DNA of 64,000 nucleotides from Iphione sp. A-MEVVRFRX5 (taxonomy: Eukaryota): NCBI GenBank assembly GCA_976226885.1, contig OZ320318.1:54250001-54314000 (forward strand), in the 5' to 3' direction. The notes below the pieces were generated by a model. The model did no database searches. It saw only the letters and a program-made list of their open reading frames with translations, and was not told where the DNA came from. This document shows, piece after piece, positions 24,201 to 37,700 of this stretch (position 1 is the first letter of the stretch; each line of letters starts with the position of its first letter). A program made the position numbers and the translations under genes.

Positions 24201-27200
24201 TTGCTATGTGTATTGTGCATTAGGAATTATCCTGTCAAATATTGAGTAATTTCATTAAAGATTTGACTGAACTAGAGCTGTGGATATATGGGACATTTAA
24301 GGTAGGACACATACCAGCTTGTCACTAGAATGTAGAGGCCGCTGTTAATAAACAATGTGGACCTACTTTCTGCGTGGCACCTACCAATAGTCGATGGGTC
24401 CATTGCGGAGGCAAGTTATAGTGGTTTTCCTAAAGGTAAAGGCCCAAGATATCCAGAAAGGGTAGAGTTGTGAGCAGCATACATGTACATATACTTCAAT
24501 AAAACATCGAAATAACTACAGTTATTAGACGCACCCAAACTGACTTGAGAAGTTTATCTCCTTTCATTATAACCTTTCCAATTTATCCATACCAAACATC
24601 GAATATCGTGTTAAATTATATATAATCCACCGGAGTCTCCTATTTATCATTTTGCCCTGTCGCTAGAAGGTACCACGGGTAGGCTGATGCCAAATTTTCT
24701 GATTCCTTGAGAACCTGCTACCATTTTCAAATGTCACCAGGTAAACAAGTGCTGGAAACAGGCGGGGAGCACATCAGATATATGAAGTCTCTCAAACAGT
24801 ACACTGGAATTTTGAATGCGGTAAATCACTATCCGGATAGTGAGCCATTTATGAAGTACAACTATTCATATGTATGTGTACAATTTTCATCTACTACTTG
24901 CTTAAAGAAAAGAGCTCTTTCACACATTACGGGAAGTCTGAAGTCAGACTAGATTATGTAGGATGAGAGATTGTCACTGCACCATGCACTAATCCCTTTG
25001 AGGTATACTTGAACTTTAAGCATGAGCCAAAGGATTTGCTCCGCATTCAGGAGGAAAAAAACGAAACGTGCACATATCGTATCAAGGTTTCTTCATTACA
25101 AAGAAGAGAAAAACATTTTCCTCTGAATGCAACGGCAGATAGCGACACGTAAAGGATTTAAATTCTGCAACTGTATCCATAATGCGGTAAACAACATTTC
25201 AAAGCCATTACGCATATATTATGTACCTTTCTATCGACTGCTATTGTTAAGCACTAAATTCCATGTCCGTGGACATGTGAACATCGTTTTTTTACAGCTT
25301 TGGAAGACGGAAAAATAGGGCGGATGTGTTGAGGGCTGTGCTACATACTCTGTAAATCAGCTCGGTTTTAGATCATTGATCCTTAGGTCAGTATGTTACT
25401 GTAATGGGGGAGCCTGGGGTGCTCTGCTTTTCAATCACTAAAAACGACTAGACATGGCCAAGCCAGGGGATTTTTGCGGCAGTTATCCATCTACACGGAT
25501 ACCCAAGCGTATCACCCTTGCCCTCGACCTATGCTGTCTGTATCCCCAGCCGAAGTGCGTGACACGGCGTGAGAATGACTCCGGCACAGCGTCAGATCCA
25601 AGACTTGCCGACCAACCTTATTCATCACTGACATTTACAGGCCTTCTTTGAAGATGTCTTCGTCGCGTTTCCTTGGTTACTGTGGCGCCATATCGTCTAC
25701 GGGCACTCTCTCTTTCTCCAAAAACAGAAACGCATCTAGCTCCACAGCTACGCTGCTTTTCTGCTTGCCCGACTAGCAACAACCAGGATCCTTCCTCCTA
25801 TATGGTTAAGTAAGCTTTTGGCGAATGTGTTCATCCCTTCAGCCTTCATTTCAGTTCATCAACCTGTATTATCCTCCGCTGTGATGGGCCATGCCTCTCC
25901 CGCCCGCTTTCACGCCGCAGTAACGGAGCCTGCTCGTGTTTGCGCTCTCACCAGTAACGTCAACAGGTCAACATGTGGGAGTTAATGAGATTGCTTGCAA
26001 ACTTGTCAGGTCGCCTTGATGTCATTGCCTCCCTATTCGAAATATTGTGTGACATCATTTCTTCTCACGCCTTCAGCATTGGAATATCAGCGCAAGAGAC
26101 CTTGAAATTAGCATCTTGTTTATAATGATAGAAATGTGCTTTATTTGAAAAGGAGCGAAGCCCCAGGAGAGCATTGGTCATAAAACCATTCATATTATTC
26201 CTTGAAAAGTTGTCTAATCTGGAAGTGAACACATGGAGGAACCAGGGAAAACGCAAGGACGTTTTTGCGGTATCCAGAACGTGACTGCTCCCGGTGCCGT
26301 TCGCAAAGCTACCAAGCAGACTGCGTCACGGACTGCCCCTCCATTATTAAGCGGCCCTGCGACCAGCCGCACTTGGCTGCTTCCTATCATCGTTTGCTGG
26401 TTGGCTGGCTCCTGCCCGCCCTGGCAGGCAGCGTCCTGGTCGTCCACCATAACACCACCTCCGCCGTCGTGCGGGCCCGTTTTCCTACCGGGTGATCGGT
26501 AAACGCGCCCACTTGGTCTCACTGTCTGTATGAAGCCATATTGGGTAATTGCATTAAGAATTCATGGCTTCAGCCCTCCGGTACACTTACAGCTTTCAGC
26601 GCCGAGTGAGCCACACTACTTCACACTGAGTACTTAGTGCTGTCAATACAGAGGGATGGAAGCAAGTGGAGACACGGCTGACTCATTTTTCTTGTGTAAT
26701 GTGAATAACATTAGATTAATTTGTCCAAATTTAATCAACTTTGCATATGTTAGTTACAATCCTCCACATGGTGGAGAAAACAGAAAGGTTCTTCCGAATT
26801 CAATAAGTTTACGATGAAATACTACATTTTTCATGCAACGAGGGACGGAAATTTAATACAGAATAGAGCAAATGCTTCTGTAAATTAACGGAATTCGCGG
26901 AAGGAAATTTAGAACATGTAGCAATATGGCTTGGAAATCAGAGGAAGGAAATTTCTTATCGCCTAAATGAATGTAGGGAAAAAAGAGAATGCAATATGTG
27001 ATATACATGTAAGCGATTCACTGTGAAACAAGTGAATTAAATTGCTGTTTCGATATTGTCGGACTGTAACAAAAGGTTTGCTTCTTCTCTCAGCACGAAA
27101 ATGGAAACATCAGGGATGCCACGCAGATGGAGTTATTATGCACCGTTTCCGATTCGACATGAACAGAAGACATTTTAGGAACACCCTAAATTACTCTTAT

Positions 27201-28364
27201 GTAAAGGAATGGCAATGTGAACATAATTGGAAATAATCTCAGATTTCTGGCGATGACGCGCTGCTGTGAACATTAACTGTGATCAATTTATTTACTTAGA
27301 ACCTTACCAGGAATTGCTCATCGCGTGGGAAGCATTTGTAATATTTCCCAGGACAACATTCACTTCTCATTTGACTGGCATAATAAGTTATAATATTAAA
27401 ACCTTCAATTTTTATAGGAACTAGTGATTCAGTGGGAAATTACCGTAAAATGTCTTTTTTTTCAAAGTGAGTCCAAATGTGATCGTGACTTGATATGGAT
27501 TGATTAAAGTCTTCCACTTGGAAATGTCGATGTCAATAATAATCCTTTCAACTCGTATAATTTCATTTTATGAGTACATCCTCCTCCGGTTTTCCTAGTT
27601 ATTCTTCAATTAAGATTTCTGAGCCTCATTGTCTCTGATGTTTACGAAATGATACGTTGTATCGTTGGAAAAAATTCTTCTTTAAACATCCTCAAACCTA
27701 AAAAAGCCGCCATATCCACCAGAAGATAATATAAATACTTGACATAGATGACAAAAATGAAAACATAAACACGAATCAGGTTTACAACAATATCATTGCT
27801 TTTCAGTATGTTTAATAATTGTTTCTGTAAGGTTGTGATTTGTGTGCTTGGTTACACATTGGCATAGAGAACCGCATAAAAAAAACCTGTTCTTTTCCTG
27901 AGTTTCGGTAAAGAATATAATTTTGACAATTTTGTTAATTCCATGCAACAGAAAAAATACAGGACTACAAAATATGAATGTCCCCAAAATAATGCCGGCT
28001 TATCCCTGGCCCAATTCTTTGGTGTTTCCCACGTAGTTATAAATGTGTTACTTCTTCCATTCTCAAGAAATAACTGCAAATCTTCGGCTAACAACCTGCA
28101 TGAAGGCGTGGGAACCACATTTATTCCAAAGCAGTAGAATTCATGTAAAATTAAACATCGTTTTCTCACATGAATGATTTCTTTCACAACTCCAGATCTA
28201 TAAACAAGAGCTGTCCTTAAATAAAGGACCGTCCAAAGTAATTTTGTCTGTCATGTGACTTTTTCCCTCCGGTCTCTGTATCATCTACAGCTTATTTGGG
28301 ATCTTTCTGTCATTTTGTCCTGTTGGTACCCAGTTGCTATTTGCCACCTTTTGGATATTTTCTC

Positions 28365-28580
28365 TGGCTTTGTCTCTGTTTCACTGTCTTTCTATTGATA
28401 TCTCATATTGATTGCACCTCAGAAATGCATAAGCATCAGGATTCTCTGTCTCTTTCTCTTTGGCTTTGTCTCTTTTAATCATGCAGTCTCTGTTGTTATG
28501 TCTGTCTCTGTGTCTGGCTCTGTTGCTATCTGTCCTAAGTTTGTCGTGTCTGTCTTTGTATGTGTGTTTCCATGTGTATG
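28365..28580. repeat. Degenerate (TCTCTG/TGTC)n low-complexity repeat
   Basis: Recurrent tgtctctg units; explains the ORFs at 28296-28704. Confidence 0.7.
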
Positions 28581-28702
28581 TGGGCGAGGAAAGAGATCCA
28601 CCACAGTGGGACGTCGCCATACGGGCACCTAAATAAAAACGGGTCAACTGGCTATAGGGCCACCTGTGTTTAGAAAAAAATGGTTTCTTTTCTGTATAGC
28701 TC

Positions 28703-29214
28703 AATATACGAAACGCTCATGAGTATGGTCAATTCGACAATATCGTCAACCTCGCCTCTGGCCAAGCCAGTTTGGGAACAAAATGTAATATAGACACCAG
28801 AAATATGGTCAGACATTATTGAAATAAGAAAGGATTGGTATCAGTGTGAGCTTTAGTCGGCTACACATCTTATATGATAAATATAAAGCAACGTGCATGC
28901 CAAGGGACCATATAAAATTATTCAAACAACACTGGGAATGTGTGCATACATTGATGGTTGGCATTTCAAAATACAGAGTATATCCAAAAACTGAACACTC
29001 CAAAACCGAATTTTCCAATATCTGACTGAATTTTGCTAGGACGAATCATTTTTCATTGTTAAAATATCATATGACTGAACGTTTCTATCCGAAATCTGAA
29101 AAACTTATGGATGAATTTGGCACATTTTTGCCAATTTTCAGATGAATGTGACTGGTTTTTGATGAATTTGGCTGGGTATTGCCAATTTTCGAACTCATGA
29201 GCGTTTTGTATTTT
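28703..29214. mobile_element. Fold-back / non-autonomous DNA transposon remnant
   Basis: 22-bp imperfect inverted repeat (aatatacgaaacgctcatgagt at 28703; actcatgagcgttttgtatttt at 29193) and two internal direct repeats gatgaatttggc...ttgccaattttc. True ends uncertain. Confidence 0.55.
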
Positions 29215-32200
29215 GAAAAGTGGCCTGGGGCCACAATTTGAAATCTGAATTAACCGAAATCCAAACTGAAATGGCAATCTTTCGGTTCTCGAGTGATGAC
29301 TATTACATGTATTCATATAGGCAGTTGACAAGCTGTTGCTGCCACTCTATTGCTTGGAAGAGAGGATGACTATATTGTCAACGTTTTACTGTATATGTGC
29401 AGGAATTGATAGATAGCTCAGTTCTACTAAGACTAAGAAAATTTGAAGAATAAACCAATGACTAGGCTACTTCCAATCCAATTTAGGGTGATACCAAAGT
29501 GATGGTGTCCCTGGGCAAATATATAAACAAATTTCCTTCAGGTGAATAATCCATGAACTTTTTCTAAGCTGTTGCACCTCATGTGAATTTAGTTTAATGC
29601 ATATGTATACATTGAATATTTAACTCCTTGTTTTGATAATACTTTCATATCGCACAATCTTACGATCCATTTATAGATAATACTTTGCATTCAGCACGAG
29701 CTGATCATCAAAGAAGGAAGAACCTTTAGCACATTTTCACGCCGGATAGAGATTCCTTCGTATGTTGCCCTCTGGATGTTTATGTGCTTTTGAAACACCA
29801 GACACAACATAACATCTTAAACCGATATAGTTACCATGAACGGGATAAGTTCAATGCTTGCGCGGATGTTAATTTTCGTCCGTAATCAATATCGATATGC
29901 ATCCAGGATGTCATTGTCGTATTGGATGTATTTGTTGCATATGTATACGTGCATCTCTTTAAGGTATGTTTCTTTCATATACATATTTAGTCATGAATAC
30001 GCTATGTCTGACTGAGAGATCCCATATTACGTGAGCATGCTGTTTAAATCTCCTGCATGAATTACCGTTCGAAAAATATGGGTCAATTTGTTGTCTATTT
30101 GCAAACCATGGTTAACCACATGTCAGTATTAGGTACTACAGTTTCATAGGCATGTATATCCCTCTGATGACCCTGCCAATCACATGTTGCCCATCATATT
30201 CATTATTGCAAATATTGGAAATCCAGTAAAAATCCATCGGGGGTAAGGTACATGTTGAAGGTATTTGTCTCAGTTCATGGGCTATTCTATAACCTTTGTT
30301 CTAAGGGGTAATGTAAGTGGCTTCCTGAGCATGGAAAGTCTATAGAAAAGCTTTTTTAATTTGTAGATTGATAAAGAACGTCTTGTTCATGACCGTGGTC
30401 GTACAGACTTCAAAGTACCTCTGTGTGTGTGTGTTTTTTAAAATATACCATATAACGTGTTAGCGAGGAATATGGTAGTTTAATTGTGGAAAATGGTGCC
30501 TGTTAAAAGTTAGTTTTCCCATTGTCAGGTTCTATTTAGCTTCTATTGCACTTTGGTAATGCATGACAATATCTTTATTCCTATTCAATATTATCATGTC
30601 CTCGTCAGGTCGACACTAGATTTAAAAATCGTTTTAAGATATCATCTTACCCTTGAGGCAAACCCGTGAGACGGCGACTTGAATAACCTGGCCACTACTG
30701 GCAGTGATAAGATGTCGAACATTTAATCAGGGAAATAAGCAGCGGCGTGTAAATTCTGCTCATGTTCATTCCGAAAACATTTAAACTCCTAAAGCAACAA
30801 CAATTTCAAAGATATGGCTTTCAAGTGATTGTCTGCTTGGCGGTGCCACGGCATTAGGTAAAAGAACGAGAGGCCTGCTATTGCACCAATGCACGACTGG
30901 CCCGAGCACTGTGGGGCGGTCATCAACGACTAATTCACTCGATGTGCCGCCCCAGCGCCTCTCCTTACGCCACTCCCACCAGCCCCAATGGCTGTGCGGC
31001 AGAGAGCTGGCTGTGCCGATTGCTTGTCTGGAGATCCCCGGGCTAATCTAGTGAAGCCCGCTGAACGCGTCTCCAACAAAGACGGCCGCGGACCCGAGGG
31101 TTACGCTGCTGTTTCACACGCTGTAAGAATCTCCAGCGATCGATTGGTGCACCCCCCCCCTAGTGACATTGGTACTGGAGGAAAACGAAGAGGGAGGCGG
31201 GAGAGGAGATGAAGAGTCTGGTGCTCTCCAAGTGGGAAGGGGTGGCAGTTGTTAGGTGAGGGTTGCGGAGAATAGTTGGCAAGATCGTACGACTGGCCCT
31301 CCAAGGACTGAGTCACGTGTGGCTTACACCTCCACGGCACAAGGAATATAGGGTTTCCATATTATGCGCGCCGGTATCGCTTGGTGATTGACCTTATACT
31401 TGGGTTTTCATATCTTTCATCACTTGGAGTGAGATCGTCTCGGCTCACAGACGAAGAGCAGGGAAAATGTAACGAATCACCGGACGCAAACAAATTACTG
31501 GCCATGTGATTGATAGCTACTGGAGCTTCTGGAAGCCAACCATCCGGCCTCAGCCTACGGTCGTGTTTAGAGCAAGAACCTAGGGGACCGGAGTAGGTGA
31601 GCGATGGTTAAGAGACTCAAAAACGGTCATATTCATGTTGAGCAGTGGGCTTCGGGCATTCGCTCCCGATCGCTGTTAAATGGCCAACGGTATTTCTCAG
31701 TCACATTTCCGTAGACTATCCTATCTGCCTGCATCTAGTGCATTTTTAATGCTGTCGTCCGCGTGGCTTTGTTCGACTTTAAGCGGCATGCAGGCAGGAG
31801 CCTAATTTGATACGCATCTACATGTTGCCTCGGAACCCAGCTACTGCCGAAACCTCCGCGCCAGTTGCTGGCACCACGCAGACAACAGGCAGCAGCCGCA
31901 CGTACCAACTGTCCCCTGTCGATCCTCTAACCCTTGAGTATCCCAGCTCAATCAAGTGTACTAAATTACTTATCTGTAGCGGACATAAAGGCACCGTCAT
32001 TGCATAATTTTTGCAGACGGTCGGACGCAGCAATGATAGAGCTAACCGTAGGGAATATGCCACATTAATGCCCCTGCATTAGAGCGTCGCTCTGCCGTGC
32101 TTCCCGACTCCGGCGCACGCACACTAAACATTGTCAAAGAGCAGCGTCCGCTGCCTCTTTCAGACCGCATCCACGTTTCCATTCCGTTCAAATCTAATGT

Positions 32201-32795
32201 GCTAGTTAGCTGTTATACAGAGCGAAAGGATGACGTCTAAGAAGTTGTCAAGATCGTGTGATGTCAATAAATATATTAAATATAGATGAAGTTAAAAATA
32301 ATGCTTCATCAATAGTTATAAAATGATAGTGGCAGTGGTAAAATAGCTATCCTCCCTGACCGGAAGAGCACGAGAATATGTTAGGATATTTTGTAGGAGG
32401 CCCGCCGTCCTGCTGCTGCATTTTGCAGACGGAGGCGGCAGGAGAGAGACATGCAATAAGACACATTAGTGTCTGAATGACATCGAGATCCAGGAAATGG
32501 CCTATCTCCCCTGAAAATTAAGGCTTCTGCGCACGGAAAAATATGGCGGAAATACAGGGAAAACGGAAAGGGAAATGGATAGAGGCTGTCGTTGTCCCTA
32601 GCATCTCCTTCAATCGACCATCAATGAGACAGGCAATGCCATAAAATGGACAGGTAAGAGTGCAAAACATGGATTGGCACTGTTAAGCAGTCATTCCCGA
32701 CCGCTTCAGATGCGCCGGATGGGAGGTAGGACCCTGGAGGCAGCCTCTTGAAAAGGTCACATGCGAAGCAGAATCAGTGGGAGCTCGAGTCAGAG

Positions 32796-32805
32796 GCGCA
32801 TGCGC
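32796..32805. promoter_or_regulatory. NRF1-type palindrome GCGCATGCGC
   Basis: Perfect 10-bp consensus match in a CpG-rich island. Confidence 0.45.
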
Positions 32806-34710
32806 AAGGAATGCACCGTACCAGAGAAACCTTATTTGCATGTCGTCATACTGTTCCAAATAAACAGTGGGGAGAGTGGGGAGTTGTTCCTTTTCCTAGT
32901 GTCTACACTGCATACTCCTCTGAACTCTTTTCACGTTATGGTTTTTAAAAGATCAATATTCGTCGAGTAACTTTAAAAATAACCGCTTGTTTGTTTTCTT
33001 GCAGAAGCTCCTATTTTTAACTGCAGGATCTATACATGAAAACAGACCGATCATCGCGAGGCCATTATCGCACGGAAACGATAATGAATTGCTTTCGCCA
33101 CCAGTGTCTCCAGGTCTACGTACACTGTTCCCAGCTTTTGGAGTTTATTTGCACAGCAGCTTAAACATGGCCATTGTTAGCCCAACGAGAATGAGGTTCA
33201 GGCTAATGCTATCAATCCGAGTCCCCTGAAAGAGGGCGGTGGGTAGAGACAAGCTTTGAAGCTGTCGCAGTAACTGCAAGTCTGATGAGATTCGGCGGCC
33301 GCAGGTGAGCCATCGTGGTTATCTGAGCTAGCCATAGCACGCCACACTGCATACAAGACGGCCACAATAGTCAAGGGCGGCCTGGGAGCAAAAGACCGGT
33401 GCAAGACAAAAGCTGTACGAGTTTGGGAACCGACAAACGAAGGCTATTCATGGAGACAAGGAAGGGGGCGGGGAATGGAGGGAGCAACTGGTGAACAGCA
33501 ATCGCAAGTTGCCAATTATTGAAAGAGTAAATTGATCTGCCTGACTCAGTATTAATTACACCCAGCGTAGGTAGCGGTAATGCTGGATCTGAGGGATTAT
33601 GTCTCCATCCTTCTCTTGTGCCCAATATACGTCACGGCAAAAGGAAGTGTATTACTATTTTTGATGTCAAAAACAAAAGACGTAAGAGGCTGTAAGCAGC
33701 AAGATATTGCATGCATGTATTAAAATGAGGCTGGAGAACAGGGACCCATGGCAGACCACAGAATGAAACATTTAGACGGGTGCCGCTTTGAACAGAACGC
33801 ATTTGCTTTATCCAGCAAAACAATTCTCTACGTGTACATGCACTACCATTTGAAATCACAAGGTCAGATAGCTGGTGTGTTCATTTTTACCACGGAGCCG
33901 CTGTCTTGGGGGAGTGGGAGGCTCTTAGTTAAAGGAAGCAGGCCAGGTTCTTAACCTTCTAAACCAGGTTAATGCAAAATGACCTGAGTTAATGGCAATC
34001 GAGGGAAGGGCTAACACCCAGGGCAGAGATGTTCGGGCAAAGGAGACTATAGGCCTCATACCACAACATTACCTGCGGAAGCACCTAGATTATATTGTAC
34101 AATACGGGTGGGTACGCAAAAATGCATGGAGTAAACTGACCAGTTTGATGAGGTTAGTTAGAATACTGTTGAACATTGCAGTAAGTTTTCAGAAACTGTC
34201 TTTTGTTGAAACTACAATCGATTTACCACAACTTAACATTGTAATATATTGTGGTACTTGTCAGTTTATCATAAGACACTAAGTGGAAAATACTTTTCTA
34301 CAAGAGGGACTGTTTTGGGTAATGCGCGAACTGACATTTACCTCTCTAACGCCATGGCAGGGTTATATAAATCCCCATACTATTAGATCCATTTTCATTC
34401 TATGTCACTTTTCAAACGTATTGATCGTTCCCATGTGGGTGTCTCTTATGTTTGTGTCCTGCCTTTCCTATTGGGAGCTTTTTTCGCCTTCTTGAACAGA
34501 GCATCAACCGAAAGGCATTAGACACTGTCACGTGCGTGCAGACGTCATTGCTGCCAGCCTTTGACCTTTCGTGAACAAAGCTCGTGAATACTAGCGCTGC
34601 TAATGAAGGGGGCAAGTTATGACAGCGCCCTAAACGACCCGGCTGCAGCCAGCTCTGTTGCAAGGGGCTTTTCCGTGACTGGCAACGAACGGGGCCTGCG
34701 CACATCTCTG

Positions 34711-34718
34711 TGACGTCA
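34711..34718. promoter_or_regulatory. Full CRE palindrome TGACGTCA
   Basis: Exact match inside the CpG-rich island at 34.5-35.1 kb. Confidence 0.4.
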
Positions 34719-37700
34719 CTGTAGGAGAAGGAAATCACACCCAGCGACGCCTAATGCACCCGATGGCGGCCACAATAGTGCCGGCCAAAGCCATCTCGAG
34801 TCCAGAGGCAACCATCGGCATATTCATTTGAGCGGTGCAGCCAAGGCCAAGCCGACAATTGGTGGGTGCCCCTAGAGCCAGGGGTATATCAGGGGGGCCC
34901 CTGGTGGGATGGGATTAGAATTGCTGGGAGAACCCCTGCTTAATCGCTTCAGGCGCTGTGATACAAGCAAAAGACTGGCAAGCGCTGCCCTATTGCTTTG
35001 ACGTGTCAATAACATCAAGGCGATCATTCAAATGTTATTGGCGTTGATTACGTCGCTGCATTGCCTGCCAATGAAGCTCACGATGTTTGCCCATCTCGCC
35101 ACCAGTACGTCATATCTCTACATTTATACGCAGCGAGGGATAGTGAGGGGCTGGGGTAATATTGCACTCCCATCAGCAGAGCACACTTTTATCATCATTG
35201 CCTTCAACATTATCATATTATGGACATTTTAATACAGACCCGCCCTTAACGGTAAAAACAAAGCTTTCTTCAAACCTTATTGTATTGACGAATAAATAAA
35301 CGTATGTGATCTGAGCCAAATCAAGCCAAGCGAACGTAACAAAGCGGCAATACTGACAAATACAACTCGATGTCGTAGAAGTCTTTCGTAGTCGTGCCTT
35401 GATAATGATTTGGTTCGCTGTTGTAGCTTGCATACAATAGTAAATACAAATGTAGGCGCATATATTCTGATAAAATGCAAGTCAACACCTCCAGAGAGGC
35501 TCATGCATGCCTGCTACACGGAGAGTGCATAGAGGGATACCTAGGGTATCAGTTTGGCTATCTAATTTTGGGGCTACTTTATTGTCCAAAGGACAGACCC
35601 AACTGAAAAAAAGCTTCGTGTACATGTACCTATATATGCATTCGGTTAATAGTTTATTGTCTCCTGATCGCACCAGGAACACTATGCAGATATTGAGGAA
35701 GTCAGGAAAGCTAACAACAGCATAAATATAAAACGGTAACAATCATTAAATGTAACGAAACACGATTTGTGTTACATGGGATTATAGACTTCATCATAGA
35801 ATTCATTTTCAAGACTAAATTTTTCATTCTGTGACTATCTCTTCGCGGTCTATGAGACTTTTGCTGTACACAGTGCCTTTACGTACACCATCTTACTTTA
35901 GCAGCACGTCACTTTGTGTGAGCATATTCTCATCTCGCTCCACTCTGTGTTGTTTACGTCACGTTTTCTTCTTCCTTCTGTGTCGCTGAAAGTAATCTTT
36001 TCCTCCAGGAGCAGAGGTAATATACAGTATTATAAATGACTTTTCCCGAAGTGATGCTTGTGCTGTAATCTGTAAAATGTTTTTCTTCCAAATTTGTAAT
36101 CCTCTCATTTCTGGAGGCTAGTCAGTTGTCAGTAGCCCTTTCCTTTTTAACATCTTTTAAGAATCACACGGCAGTTTAATGGTTTCTGACCACAATATGA
36201 ACTTCTGTATGTTGTCCGAAGATTTGACGCCTTTTACAATGGTGGTCGGTTTGTCCCAGTATCATTTTCATGTAGAACACTTCGCAAGACTTCTTGATGC
36301 TACTTCCAGTTGCTACGGAAAGGTACTGTAGATACAAAATGTGATGGTGCATTTAGATGCCAACTAATGGAAATATGCAAAGCAAGTCTAGAGAGGCTGC
36401 CAGAAGCAGAGATTGATTATCATCAGGCGTCGTATCGGTTTTCCAGACCAATCAGATATCACCCAAGAAATGACAGGGCGGTGCTATAGGACTACAGCAG
36501 GTAGACTGATTGCATAGTGGGTGGCGTTTGATTCTAAAAGAGGGGTCGTTGCAAGCGCGCATGAGGAAGGGGTAATATGAGACTCACTTGGGGGGTCATT
36601 TACCGGGGCTAGCGATGTATTAAGTGTCCTATAGGAGGTCCTTTACCAAGTGTCAACATGTCCCCTCCCACACTATACGACCACTTTTGGTTCTTGTTAT
36701 TGATGTCAGGAGTGGCAGTCCATTATTTCGCCGACGCGTCAATATTGTCATGGAACGCTTACTCGACCTATCGTACGTTTCGGAATTGACTGTTGACACT
36801 CTGCCGGTGCAAGCGCTCCCTGACCACACCGGCCAGTATTAGAGGTCAGCAGAACTGGCTGATTACTCATTGTCTAATACATGTCTTCCATATGACGAAA
36901 GTGGCTGTGGAAGCTCTGCCGCCAATTGCAATGGAGCATTTTGCTCTACACGTCAAATCACGGATACATGTATACGAATGCACACCGTATCTTGTTCCTG
37001 GTTAAATATAATTGGGAATGCAAATAAAAAATGAAAACACGTCCCGAGAAAATGGATCGAGTTAAAACGATCCTATTGCCACGAGATCATGTTTTGTTCC
37101 AAGGAGCTATAAGAAATGTGATGTGTCTCATAGTTTACTTTCTGCGAACGCAAATATTCTGCTCAAAGATAGGGGACTCTGATACCCAAATAAAATGGTA
37201 CTATTGCATGACTTCTGGAAAAGGCTGTCGGTAAGAGATTTCTTTTCTAGGCTCAGGCTCCGAACAGACTGTGGCGGAAAATAGAAATGTGTTAGCTTGG
37301 TAAAATATTAGAGACAAATAAAATACTCTGCAGTAAGACAAATGAAATCCTAACTAAAGATACCCATAGAATCGGATCCATTTCTCCTGGAAAAGGTCTT
37401 GAGCAGGTAATACATTGGTTTCTGCGAAGTACATGAACGCTGATTGCCCAAGTATTACTATCTTGGTAGGTGGGCCAAACACCCTGCATGAGTGATGGGT
37501 TGAAAGTATTCTCATAATCAGCCGTATCCAGTTACGGTCGCCAGCTTGGGGCAGCCCGATACGATAGAGGGTAGGCAGGTGAGGGCCTGTTTGGTGTGTA
37601 ATGAAGCCTCACCGCTTCGCCATATGTATGATAAAGCCTGGCGGCTGGACACTAAACACCTCGTAGATCAGGATGAGGCCCGACGCCACTACTTGTATAA

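Noticed and set aside
28091-28106. miR-67/307-like ACAACCTGCATGAA
   Set aside because: Seed mismatch, 3' end diverges, no precursor hairpin.
28296-28704. Hydrophobic or charged ORFs on both strands
   Set aside because: Products of a degenerate TCTCTG repeat.
6665-33290. Hammerhead ribozyme cores at CTGATGA sites (e.g. 6666, 33283)
   Set aside because: No stem II followed by GAAA in the required spacing.
33198-33404. Secreted Cys-containing peptide (SHQTCSYCDSFKAC)
   Set aside because: Non-ATG start, no splice support, too few cysteines for a Ly6/three-finger fold.
33844-33860. miR-29-like ACCATTTGAAATCA
   Set aside because: Seed does not match and there is no complementary hairpin arm.
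33359-34779. Exact 13-mer CGGCCACAATAGT repeated at 33359 and 34767 (Sox-like ACAAT)
   Set aside because: Tens of exact 13-mer pairs are expected by chance in 64 kb, and the flanks do not align.
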